DNA of 64,000 nucleotides from an uncultured Planctomycetaceae bacterium (GTDB lineage: Bacteria > Planctomycetota > Phycisphaerae > SM23-33), in contig CAZLBC010000012.1 of NCBI GenBank assembly GCA_964557575.1, positions 17,400-81,399 on the forward strand, read 5' to 3'. The notes under the pieces are model-generated. The model was not told the DNA's origin and searched no databases. It saw nothing but the letters and a program-made list of their open reading frames with translations. The position numbers were made by a program, and so were the translations under genes. Shown here in pieces: positions 57,036 through 64,000 of the stretch. Numbering within the stretch: the stretch's first letter is position 1; each line of letters begins with the position of its first letter.

Positions 57036-58514
57036 CTACGAAAATGACGTTACCATCCACTTGATCCAGCCGAGGTGCCATCCCAGTACCGTTCCGACCG
57101 TCATCACTATCGCGCCGATCAGCATGGTCAGCATGAGCAACGCCTTGCCGATGTCCTGGCCGCGAAGACTGCCGAGCAGTTTCGGCTCCCGGGACAGGTA
57201 CGCCGAGGCGGCGTAGAGTTCCTCGCCGATAAGCGTGTAATCGCACGTGGTGATAAAAAACGGCAGTTGGGTAAAGGCGTCCGTACCGGCCACCTGGATC
57301 GCGCCGGTCGAGGCGCCCGTCTCGGAGAGCAGCAGCGACTCGGCGTAGAAATGCCCCAGCATGAAAACAGCGGCGGGCTGCTCGCGCACCATCCTGCCGG
57401 CGACCGCGGCGACGTAGCTGAACTGGTCGAACGCCGACAGCGTGACGTCGTCCGGATCGTACGCGTCGGGCCGGCCGGCCTCGGTATACGCCTGCTGCAC
57501 CACCTCCTGGGTGACCGCCGTGACAACCGGATCCATGTTCAGTACCTGAACCCGCGTGTCGTAGTCGGCGGCCCGGCGGGCGACGCGCGAGAGGATGTTC
57601 ATCGAGGCGATCGTGGCGCGGTGCTCGAGAATTTCGATCCCGGGGATGTAAAAAACACCGCGTCCCATTTCCGTTGCGCGGCCGATGGCCTCCTCGACGG
57701 CCTCCAGGCCCGGTATCCGCCTGATGTAGAGGTTCGGATTGCGGCGGGCGATCTGGATAAAGGCCATGACCGCGGCGCTGATCAGGACGGCGAAAAACAG
57801 GTTATTGAGCTTGAACCACTTGAAGTAGTTGACCCTCGCGCCCGCGCCGGCGAGAACGAGGGGCGCCCCGTCCCGTTTCACGTACACCGTATCGTCATCC
57901 GACGCCACGGCAAGTCGGAAATACAACGGTGATGTATTGAGATCCCGTTCTATTTCCTTGTGCATTTCCTTTTTTTTCTTTTCCAGCCACCCCTTCAATG
58001 TCTTGGACATATCCTCTTCGGCCCGTTGCCGTTCGCCGTCCGTCAGGAACCGCGCCATCGCCTCCTGCATGGTCGGTTCCGGCGGGATAAAGAGTTCCGC
58101 CGGCTTGATTTCGGCGACGTAAAAACACTCGTTCTCCTTGTAGAAACCGTAGTACTTCATGTTTGCGGACTTAAGCGACCCCGGGACCGGTTTTACCTCG
58201 ACGGTCTTGAAATTGTCCGCGTCGAAGTCTTCCGGCGCCCGCGCCACTTCGAGCACGTACCGAAACCCGGCCGGCGCGTCTTCTGCCGGGACCGCCTCGA
58301 CCGTGTCTTCTTTTTTCCCCGCCGTCTTCACCGTCGCCGCCCATTCCACGGTAATCGTGTCGCCCCGATCACTGGGCCGGTCGTAGGCCCTGAACGAATC
58401 CGGATCGGGAAGGAGGTCCGCGAGGTCGGCCCCGCGGGACATACACACCGGGCCGAGCAGCAAAAGGATCGCCGCAAGAACCAAACCGGTTGTTCCATGC
58501 CTTCCCGGCCTCAT
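57036..58514 (-). CDS. Membrane protein with signal peptide, ~270-aa periplasmic domain, TM, ~200-aa cytoplasmic domain and a C-terminal TM; uncharacterised operon component
   Basis: The true start MRPGRHGTTGLVLAAILLLLGPVC at 58514 forms an ATGA overlap with the upstream stop. The 157-codon Arg/Gly-rich extension in the track ORF is an antisense-type artefact. Confidence 0.55.
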   Translation of the reverse strand: MRPGRHGTTGLVLAAILLLLGPVCMSRGADLADLLPDPDSFRAYDRPSDRGDTITVEWAATVKTAGKKEDTVEAVPAEDAPAGFRYVLEVARAPEDFDADNFKTVEVKPVPGSLKSANMKYYGFYKENECFYVAEIKPAELFIPPEPTMQEAMARFLTDGERQRAEEDMSKTLKGWLEKKKKEMHKEIERDLNTSPLYFRLAVASDDDTVYVKRDGAPLVLAGAGARVNYFKWFKLNNLFFAVLISAAVMAFIQIARRNPNLYIRRIPGLEAVEEAIGRATEMGRGVFYIPGIEILEHRATIASMNILSRVARRAADYDTRVQVLNMDPVVTAVTQEVVQQAYTEAGRPDAYDPDDVTLSAFDQFSYVAAVAGRMVREQPAAVFMLGHFYAESLLLSETGASTGAIQVAGTDAFTQLPFFITTCDYTLIGEELYAASAYLSREPKLLGSLRGQDIGKALLMLTMLIGAIVMTVGTVLGWHLGWIKWMVTSFS

Positions 58515-59635
58515 GACTCTATTGCCTCCAGGTTCGCGCGGGGGATCGTGACCATCTCCCCGCCGGGCAGTGCCAGTGTCGCCACGCGGACCTTCGCCTC
58601 GCTCTCGACCGCCACGGCCTCCGGCGGAAGGGACGCAACCGCACCGATGCGGCCGAAACCCGGTTCGCGAATGATGCGGACGCGACTGCCCACGGTCAAG
58701 CCGTCCGCCGCGTTCTTCTCGCCGCCGCCCGAGCCGCCGTCGTCCTCCGCCGGCATGACGATCTCCGGCCTGAGGACGCCGGCACGGATCTGGGTGGCGC
58801 CGTTGGCCGACGCGACCGTTCCCGCCCGGGACGCCAGGAGCCGGTAGGTCGCTTCCGCCATGGCGATGTGTCCGAACCCCTCGGTGACGATCAGTATCGG
58901 GCTGATCTTTTCGTGACCGGTTATCGCCACGCCCAGGTCGTATCCGAGCAGTTCCCGCAGGTCGCTGTCGTTGAACCCCCCGCATATGATAGCGGCGACG
59001 CCCGCTTCAGAGGCCCGCCGATATACATCGCCCGTCACGAGAGAGCCGGCGACAGCGATTTTTCCGTCAAGGTCCCCGGTAATATCATCCGTCGTCACGA
59101 CCGCATCGGGGCCGTCGGCGACGACGGCGATCTCGCCGTTCACCTCCCCGCCGACGCCCAGTATGCCCTGGATAAAGGCGCCGCGGGTCTCCACCACAAC
59201 TCCCTCGTTCGGTATCACCTTGATGACGACCCCGTCCATGTAGGCCGTCGTCTGGACCGGCCGGGGCGGCGTGCGCAGAATAACCTGGCCGGTCACCGCG
59301 GATACCGTCTCGATCGTCCCCGCTATCGGCGAGGCGACGGTGGTCCGGAACCACCGGATAAGCGGGCGGGTCTCGGCGATGACCTCCCCTTCGTCGACGG
59401 CGTCGCCTTCCTTCTTCAGCAGGAGGCGCTTGATATCGGAGGCCTGGACGCCGAGCCGGTTGACCAGGTTCACCGTCGCCACGTCGCCGGGCAGCTTCGC
59501 ACGGGCGACGATATCACCGGCCGACACCCGCGTTCCCTCTTCGACGAGGACGTCACCGGCGATGGGCAGCCGCCGCTGCTTCCGTATCACGGTGTTCTCG
59601 GTCACCTTCAGTCCCGGCGTATAGGCGTGTGCCAT
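58511..59635 (-). CDS. Soluble protein with an N-terminal biotinyl/lipoyl-like barrel-sandwich-hybrid domain resembling the NqrA/RnfC N-terminus; uncharacterised operon component
   Basis: MAHAYTPGLKV...RRLPIAGDVLVEEGTRVSAGDIV...TTVASPIAGTIETV parallels NqrA GLDLPIAG...SPVSGKVVEI. There is no biotin-attachment Lys motif and no Fe-S or flavin motifs. ATGA overlap at both ends. Confidence 0.55.
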   Translation of the reverse strand: MAHAYTPGLKVTENTVIRKQRRLPIAGDVLVEEGTRVSAGDIVARAKLPGDVATVNLVNRLGVQASDIKRLLLKKEGDAVDEGEVIAETRPLIRWFRTTVASPIAGTIETVSAVTGQVILRTPPRPVQTTAYMDGVVIKVIPNEGVVVETRGAFIQGILGVGGEVNGEIAVVADGPDAVVTTDDITGDLDGKIAVAGSLVTGDVYRRASEAGVAAIICGGFNDSDLRELLGYDLGVAITGHEKISPILIVTEGFGHIAMAEATYRLLASRAGTVASANGATQIRAGVLRPEIVMPAEDDGGSGGGEKNAADGLTVGSRVRIIREPGFGRIGAVASLPPEAVAVESEAKVRVATLALPGGEMVTIPRANLEAIES

Positions 59636-61482
59636 CAGGCATTCCCCCCCGCGGCCCGCGGATAGGCGTCCAGGGCGGCGGTCCATTCCGCGACGATTGC
59701 GCTCCTGTTTTCCGCGGGAATATCGATCGGCCGCCCGCGGCCGTCGAGCACCAGTCCCACGACGCCGCCGTGTACCACCGCCGTAATCTCCCGGCCACGG
59801 CCTCCTCCCAGGTCTATACCGCGGCCGGGACGGAGCACGATGTCGGCCGCCTGCCCCGGGGACAGCGTCTCCAGGACGATCCCGCCGCAATCGACGCTGC
59901 CGCCGCAAACCGCGCCGTCGATCCGCAGTTCGTAGTCGAAACAGAGCCGCCCGGGCTTCCCGGCGTTCAGCGGGGACACGCAGGTCCCCAGGTAGATCAG
60001 GCAGTCGCGCTCGAACACCTGCGTCGCCGCCGCCTCGTTGACTTCCGCCAGGACACCGAGGTGCGGCATCATGAAGATGCTGTCGACGCAGATCCGGGTG
60101 ATCCCCTCCGGCTGGAAGGCGTCAACGAGCATCATCATCGCCTGGCTCCGGCGGGGGGCGTGCGACAAGACGCCGCCGCTGCCCACGAGCATGTCCAGCC
60201 GGACCATCTCTATAAGGGTTTCGCCGCTCTCGGATTCGTCAAAGGCCTCGGACACCGTCCGGACCCGCTGGACGCCCTTGAGGCCAACGGCGAGCTGCTT
60301 GTGCTGCACAAATGCCAGGCGGAGGGCCTCCCGCGCGATCGCCTGTTCGATCTTCAGTTCTTCCAGCAGTTGGGGGATCGTCGTCGGCCGGATCATCTTG
60401 TTCTTGATCCGGTTCCTGAGGCCGCCTTCGTCTATGTCGAACGGCACCCAGCGGAGAATGTTTTCGAGACCGGCCTCGGCCAGGACGTTGGAGATCGAGT
60501 AGCTCATGCCCAGGTTTGCGCTGACCGAGCGGTTGAACACGCGTTCGGCGGGTATCTCGGGGTTATCTTCTTCCCCTTCTTTCGCGGCGAAATCGGAAAA
60601 GACGTCCGTTGTCGCGCCCCCGATATCGACACCCACGATGTTCAGGTCCCGGGTGCGGGCGATCCGCCGAATGATATTTCCCACGGCGGCGGGCGTCGGC
60701 ATGATCGGTGACCCCACCCATTCCATCAGCGTCGGGTAGCCGGGCGCCTGGGCCATCACGTGCTTGAGAAACAGGTCGTGAATCTCTTCCCGGGCGGGGC
60801 CGAGGTTTTCCCGTTCGAGGATGGGCCGGATATTGTCGGTGATGTGCAGTTCCGCCGTGTCGCCGAGCGCCTTTTTGACTTCGTCGCGAGCCTCGACGTT
60901 GCCGGCGTACACGACGGGCACCGTGAAGGAACTGCCGAGACGGGGCCGAGGATTGGCCGCGGCGAGGAACTCCGCGAGTTCCACCACGTGCCTGACCGTG
61001 CCGCCGTCGGTGCCCCCCGAGAGGAGAACCATGTCAGGGCGGAGCGTGCGGATCTGCTCGATCTTCTCGTGGGGGGCCCGCTTGTCGTTGCTGGCCAGCA
61101 CGTCCATCACGATGGCGCCGGCGCCCAGCGCGGCGCGCTGCGCGCTTTCAGCGGTCATCGTCGTCACCACCCCCGCCACCATCATCTGGAGTCCGCCGCC
61201 GGCGCTGCTGGTGGAGATGTAGATATCGACCCCCGCCGCGTCCCGCGCGGGGGTGATGATCCGCTCGCCATCGAGAATCCGCCGGCCGGAGAGTTCCTCC
61301 AGTTCCGTCACGGCGTTCAACACCCCCCGGGTGACGTCCTCGAACGGCGCTTCGACCGTCGTCGGGGCCTCGCCGCGAAACGTCTGCCGGTATCCCTCGT
61401 CTTTCTTCTCGATCAGAATGGCCTTGGTCGTCGTCGATCCGCAATCGGTCGCCACGATGACCTTCAGGTCCGCCGGGTTCAT
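59635..61482 (-). CDS. ASKHA-fold ATPase, GlmL/MutL-like (hydantoinase-A-like); uncharacterised operon component
   Basis: Two phosphate-binding motifs, ATDCGSTTTKAIL and IVGVDIGGATTDVFS, plus LATSSAGGG-like and AALGAGA segments, as in the glutamate-mutase MutL/EutA-like reactivase-type ASKHA family. 615 aa with GGAGG RBS. Confidence 0.65.
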   Translation of the reverse strand: MNPADLKVIVATDCGSTTTKAILIEKKDEGYRQTFRGEAPTTVEAPFEDVTRGVLNAVTELEELSGRRILDGERIITPARDAAGVDIYISTSSAGGGLQMMVAGVVTTMTAESAQRAALGAGAIVMDVLASNDKRAPHEKIEQIRTLRPDMVLLSGGTDGGTVRHVVELAEFLAAANPRPRLGSSFTVPVVYAGNVEARDEVKKALGDTAELHITDNIRPILERENLGPAREEIHDLFLKHVMAQAPGYPTLMEWVGSPIMPTPAAVGNIIRRIARTRDLNIVGVDIGGATTDVFSDFAAKEGEEDNPEIPAERVFNRSVSANLGMSYSISNVLAEAGLENILRWVPFDIDEGGLRNRIKNKMIRPTTIPQLLEELKIEQAIAREALRLAFVQHKQLAVGLKGVQRVRTVSEAFDESESGETLIEMVRLDMLVGSGGVLSHAPRRSQAMMMLVDAFQPEGITRICVDSIFMMPHLGVLAEVNEAAATQVFERDCLIYLGTCVSPLNAGKPGRLCFDYELRIDGAVCGGSVDCGGIVLETLSPGQAADIVLRPGRGIDLGGGRGREITAVVHGGVVGLVLDGRGRPIDIPAENRSAIVAEWTAALDAYPRAAGGNA

Positions 61483-61808
61483 TCGGCCGCCTCCCCGGTC
61501 GCGCCGTCGACCCCGGCGGTTTCAATGGCGTCTATCAGCGCGTCGATTCCTTCCCGCCTTTCGAGAATCTGCGCGACGCGATCGTATTCATCGGGGTTGA
61601 ATATCACATCGGCGAACCGCCGAAAGAACACCATCGCCTGACTGCCGACGTAATTCAGGGGCTTCGCGGAGTGCAGGAACAGGACCGCGGGCAGGCGCAG
61701 TCTGCGCTTGACGACCCATGAGGCAAGGCGCGTGAGCAACTGGCGGTCCTCCGCGGTGAGGGGGCCATGCGGGCTTTCCAGCGAAAACGCGTGGCGCAGC
61801 CCGTCCAT
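61479..61808 (-). CDS. Hypothetical 109-aa protein, second gene of the operon
   Basis: MDGLRHAFSLESPHGPLTAEDRQLLTRLASWVV.... Its stop overlaps the ATPase start (ATGA), and it lies 4 nt after the upstream gene's stop. Confidence 0.45.
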   Translation of the reverse strand: MDGLRHAFSLESPHGPLTAEDRQLLTRLASWVVKRRLRLPAVLFLHSAKPLNYVGSQAMVFFRRFADVIFNPDEYDRVAQILERREGIDALIDAIETAGVDGATGEAAE

Positions 61809-61812
61809 GAAT

Positions 61813-62364
61813 CTACGAAATCTGGGACTTGTTTCTGACAAAACGCAGTACCTTTTCACCGTTTCCGTTCGAAAACCTCAGAAACACGCCGCGAAAGGGA
61901 TCGAGGCGCGACGGCCGCTCAAACGGCGAGAGAAAAACACCCCGCGGCCCTTCGCAGACACGCTTGACCCGGTCCCATCCGACGGTACGGGACTGTCCGA
62001 GAAAGCGGACGGTAATGCCCCTCCCGTCGAGGGTGTACACCGTCGCGATACAGTACCGGCCGAGCGACACGGCCAGCAGGGCGGCCGCCAGCAGCGCGTA
62101 GCCCGCGCCGCCGAATACCGTACCGACCGCCGCGCTGGCCGCGAGAAAAGCGGCTATAAACAGAATCGATCGCGGGAAATCATCGGCCAGCGGGCGGGAA
62201 CGCCAGAGCAATCGCTCCTGAAATGCTCCGGTTCCGTCTCTTCCGGATCCATCGGACATGCGGAGATAATACCAGCGAAATTCCCCCTTGGCAAACCAAA
62301 ACCATCGCGATCGCCGCACCGACTCACTGTCAAAAATAACATGCCGACCTGTCGTTTTCTCCAT
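61813..62364 (-). CDS. Membrane protein with two TM helices and a C-terminal bPH-like soluble domain, first gene of the operon
   Basis: SILFIAAFLAASAAVGTVFGGAGYALLAAALLAVSL followed by GRGITVRFLGQSR...GVFLRFSNGNGEKVLRFV. The start codon choice (62364 versus internal 62259) is uncertain. Confidence 0.4.
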   Translation of the reverse strand: MEKTTGRHVIFDSESVRRSRWFWFAKGEFRWYYLRMSDGSGRDGTGAFQERLLWRSRPLADDFPRSILFIAAFLAASAAVGTVFGGAGYALLAAALLAVSLGRYCIATVYTLDGRGITVRFLGQSRTVGWDRVKRVCEGPRGVFLSPFERPSRLDPFRGVFLRFSNGNGEKVLRFVRNKSQIS

Positions 62365-62431
62365 GGAAGCCGGCCCGTATCGGTTTTAGAATTCACGGTG
62401 AACATTCCGCGCAGATCCCGGGAGCCATGTC

Positions 62432-64000
62432 ATGTCGAATAAACGCAATCACACGGCGGTGTACGGCGCGAAGGCGTGCCTGATGCTGATACTCTTCGCA
62501 CCGGCACTCCCCTGCCGAGCCCACCCGGCAATCACGGCGGGCCTGGCGGTCTCGCCGTACGACCGCCAGGTCTCGGCGCAACTGAAGCAACTGTCCGCCG
62601 ATGATCCGGACGATCGCGCGGCCGCGGCGGAGTCCCTCGGCTACCTGCGGGCGTACCGGGCCGCCGATGCCATCGCGGCAGTGCTGCAGAATGAATCGCC
62701 GGCCGTCCGCCGGGAAGCCGCCATGTCCCTCGGCTGGTGCGGGGAAAGAAAACACGTTTCGGCGCTGCTGGCGATGCTCGACGACCCGGAGTGGACCGTG
62801 GCCCAGGCGGCGTGGGCGGCGCTGACCAATATCACCGGCATGGAATTCCCCTTCGACGCGCTGGATCGCGGCACCCGCCAAAAACAGGCGGAAAAATGGC
62901 GCACCTGGTGGGCGTCGGTCCCCGCCGACCGGCCGCCGGCGGCGGTCCTGGCACTCCTGTCGGGCGCGAGAAAACCGACGGGCGTACTGACGGCCCGGTC
63001 GGCCGCGGTCACCAGTGTCTACAAGGGATCGGCGGAAATACTGATCGACGGTGCCACCGGCGGCGCATTCTGGCAGACGAAGAACGTCGGCTTTCCGCAG
63101 TCCTGCACGATCGACATGGGCCGGACCGTCGCATTCCGCTGCGTGGTCGTGCACCAGCACCGGATCGAGGCGATGCACATGACCGATTTCGCCCTCCTCG
63201 TCGGCGACGACGGCGAAACGTTCAAGGAACTGTGCCGAAAGAAGGGCCCGACGCCCGCGCAACTGGTCATCCCGCTTCCGCCCACCCGGGCGCGGTATAT
63301 CCGCATCACCGCGTACGCGACGGGAAACAGCACCTACCCCACCACCTTTCACGAAGTCGCGGTGCGGGAAAAACCCCCGCCGGCCGAGTCAACCGGCAGG
63401 GCCGATCCGGAGGGGGATACGAACTACCGGATCGAACGGGGCCTGCGGGCGCTGGGTGCGCTGGGGGGGGAGGGGGCCGCGGAGGACGTCCGGGAGATCA
63501 TCCGCCCCTGGGCGGGACGGACGACCGGCAGGGACGCCGAGAAACGGCTGGTCCAGGCCGGCATCCGCGCCCTCGGCCGCCTCGGGGGGCCGGGTGCGCT
63601 GGAACTGCTGACCTCTTTTCTCGACAATCCTCACTGGTCCGTGTACGCCGCCGACGCCATGGGGGATCTCGGCGACCCGGCCGCGGCGGCAATCCTCATC
63701 GGTGCGTACCCGGCGTACGCCAAGACGCTGAAACGGGGAAACCCGCAGAAGGCGCCGCGCTACGACCGGCCGGGGCTGTCGCCCATCGACCGCATGTACG
63801 CCACGCCGTACGCCATCTGCCACGCCCTCTGCCGGATTTCCCTCGACCGGCCGGGGATAACCGAAAAGCTGCGCACCATCGCGCCCCTGATCGTCGCCAA
63901 CGTCCCCGGGGACTACGACGGGGCGATGCTCTACGAACCGGAGGCGTGCCGCCTGGCATCCGCGTACCTCCTCGAAAAGGCGGGGCTGCGGCAGGCGGTC
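62432..64000 (+). CDS. Secreted HEAT-repeat (PBS-lyase-like) plus F5/8-type-C (discoidin)-like domain protein, 3' end outside the window
   Basis: ATG at 62432 with GGGAG RBS and signal peptide MSNKRNHTAVYGAKACLMLILFAPALPCRA. HEAT repeats (ESLGYLRAYRAADAIAAVL, AAMSLGWCGERKHVSALLAML), a discoidin-like middle segment and further HEAT repeats run open to 64000. It is not listed in the ORF track because there is no stop in the window. Confidence 0.7.
   Translation, partial: MSNKRNHTAVYGAKACLMLILFAPALPCRAHPAITAGLAVSPYDRQVSAQLKQLSADDPDDRAAAAESLGYLRAYRAADAIAAVLQNESPAVRREAAMSLGWCGERKHVSALLAMLDDPEWTVAQAAWAALTNITGMEFPFDALDRGTRQKQAEKWRTWWASVPADRPPAAVLALLSGARKPTGVLTARSAAVTSVYKGSAEILIDGATGGAFWQTKNVGFPQSCTIDMGRTVAFRCVVVHQHRIEAMHMTDFALLVGDDGETFKELCRKKGPTPAQLVIPLPPTRARYIRITAYATGNSTYPTTFHEVAVREKPPPAESTGRADPEGDTNYRIERGLRALGALGGEGAAEDVREIIRPWAGRTTGRDAEKRLVQAGIRALGRLGGPGALELLTSFLDNPHWSVYAADAMGDLGDPAAAAILIGAYPAYAKTLKRGNPQKAPRYDRPGLSPIDRMYATPYAICHALCRISLDRPGITEKLRTIAPLIVANVPGDYDGAMLYEPEACRLASAYLLEKAGLRQAV

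Noticed and set aside
57036-58985. N-terminal 157 codons of the 649-aa track ORF (and similar 5' extensions at 58511..59908, 55504..56511, 32818..34284, 35345..37030)
   Set aside because: The extensions are Arg/Gly-rich translations of the upstream gene's opposite frame. The true starts are defined by ATGA stop/start overlaps with upstream genes and by signal-peptide or conserved N-terminal motifs.
58511-59635. Interpretation of the operon as a divergent Na+-NQR or Rnf complex because of the NqrA/RnfC-N-like domain
   Set aside because: The membrane subunits lack the conserved NqrB/D/E and RnfA/D/E sequence boxes. No FMN-attachment, Fe-S or FAD/NADH motifs are present. The similarity is limited to a generic barrel-sandwich-hybrid domain.
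62393-63352. 319-aa minus-strand ORF
   Set aside because: It is antisense to the HEAT/discoidin gene, which has a signal peptide, RBS and repeats and runs open to the window end.
1-64000. Search for tRNA, rRNA, CRISPR arrays, IS elements, integrases or phage genes
   Set aside because: None were seen. There are no T-psi-C GGTTCGA-type tRNA signatures in the intergenic regions, no spaced direct repeats, and no transposase, integrase or recombinase-like ORFs. The window looks like core chromosome plus lineage-specific accessory genes rather than a mobile island.

Overview
This is a 64 kb GC-rich bacterial chromosomal segment with about 50 densely packed genes and no rRNA, tRNA, CRISPR, transposase, integrase or phage genes. 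It is probably from the PVC superphylum (Planctomycetota/Verrucomicrobiota/Lentisphaerota-like), judging from HEAT-repeat, discoidin, NPCBM and prenyltransferase-like giant secreted proteins, a DUF1559-type pseudopilin and LPS core genes. The confident calls are citrate synthase, a two-subunit class-I Fe-S fumarate/tartrate hydro-lyase, a ribose-type sugar ABC transporter whose second permease is fused to its periplasmic binding domain, thioredoxin, an orphan trpD, topoisomerase I, a pabB-like chorismate-binding enzyme, a class-IV aminotransferase (PabC-like), a Nif3 protein, hemA preceded by a sirC-hemX fusion, tmk-holB, and Mfd. An LPS core cluster runs msbA-like exporter, GT4 glycosyltransferase, tandem Kdo/WaaP-type kinase fusion, GT9 heptosyltransferase and a DUF2062 protein. 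Accessory content includes a 1360-aa multi-domain secreted protein, an EF-hand secreted protein, a Hanks Ser/Thr kinase module, a DUF4091/CBM9-like glycoside hydrolase, a SurA-like PPIase lipoprotein, a radical SAM protein and a chorismatase-like tandem RidA-fold protein. The strongest candidate for an undescribed system is an 8-gene, translationally coupled minus-strand operon (54723-62364). It encodes a GlmL/MutL-like (hydantoinase-like) ASKHA-fold ATPase, a biotinyl/NqrA-N-terminal-like barrel-sandwich protein, two small proteins and four membrane proteins, none assignable to a known complex. Other notable points are a 43-aa prepilin-motif micro-gene with its own RBS and terminator, a PDZ-like insertion in the MsbA periplasmic loop, and a decayed sugar-binding-protein fragment next to a LacI/cre-like palindrome. 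Coordinates I derived by hand-indexing (small ORFs, promoters, hairpins) may be off by 1-2 nt; gene boundaries taken from the ORF track frames are reliable.
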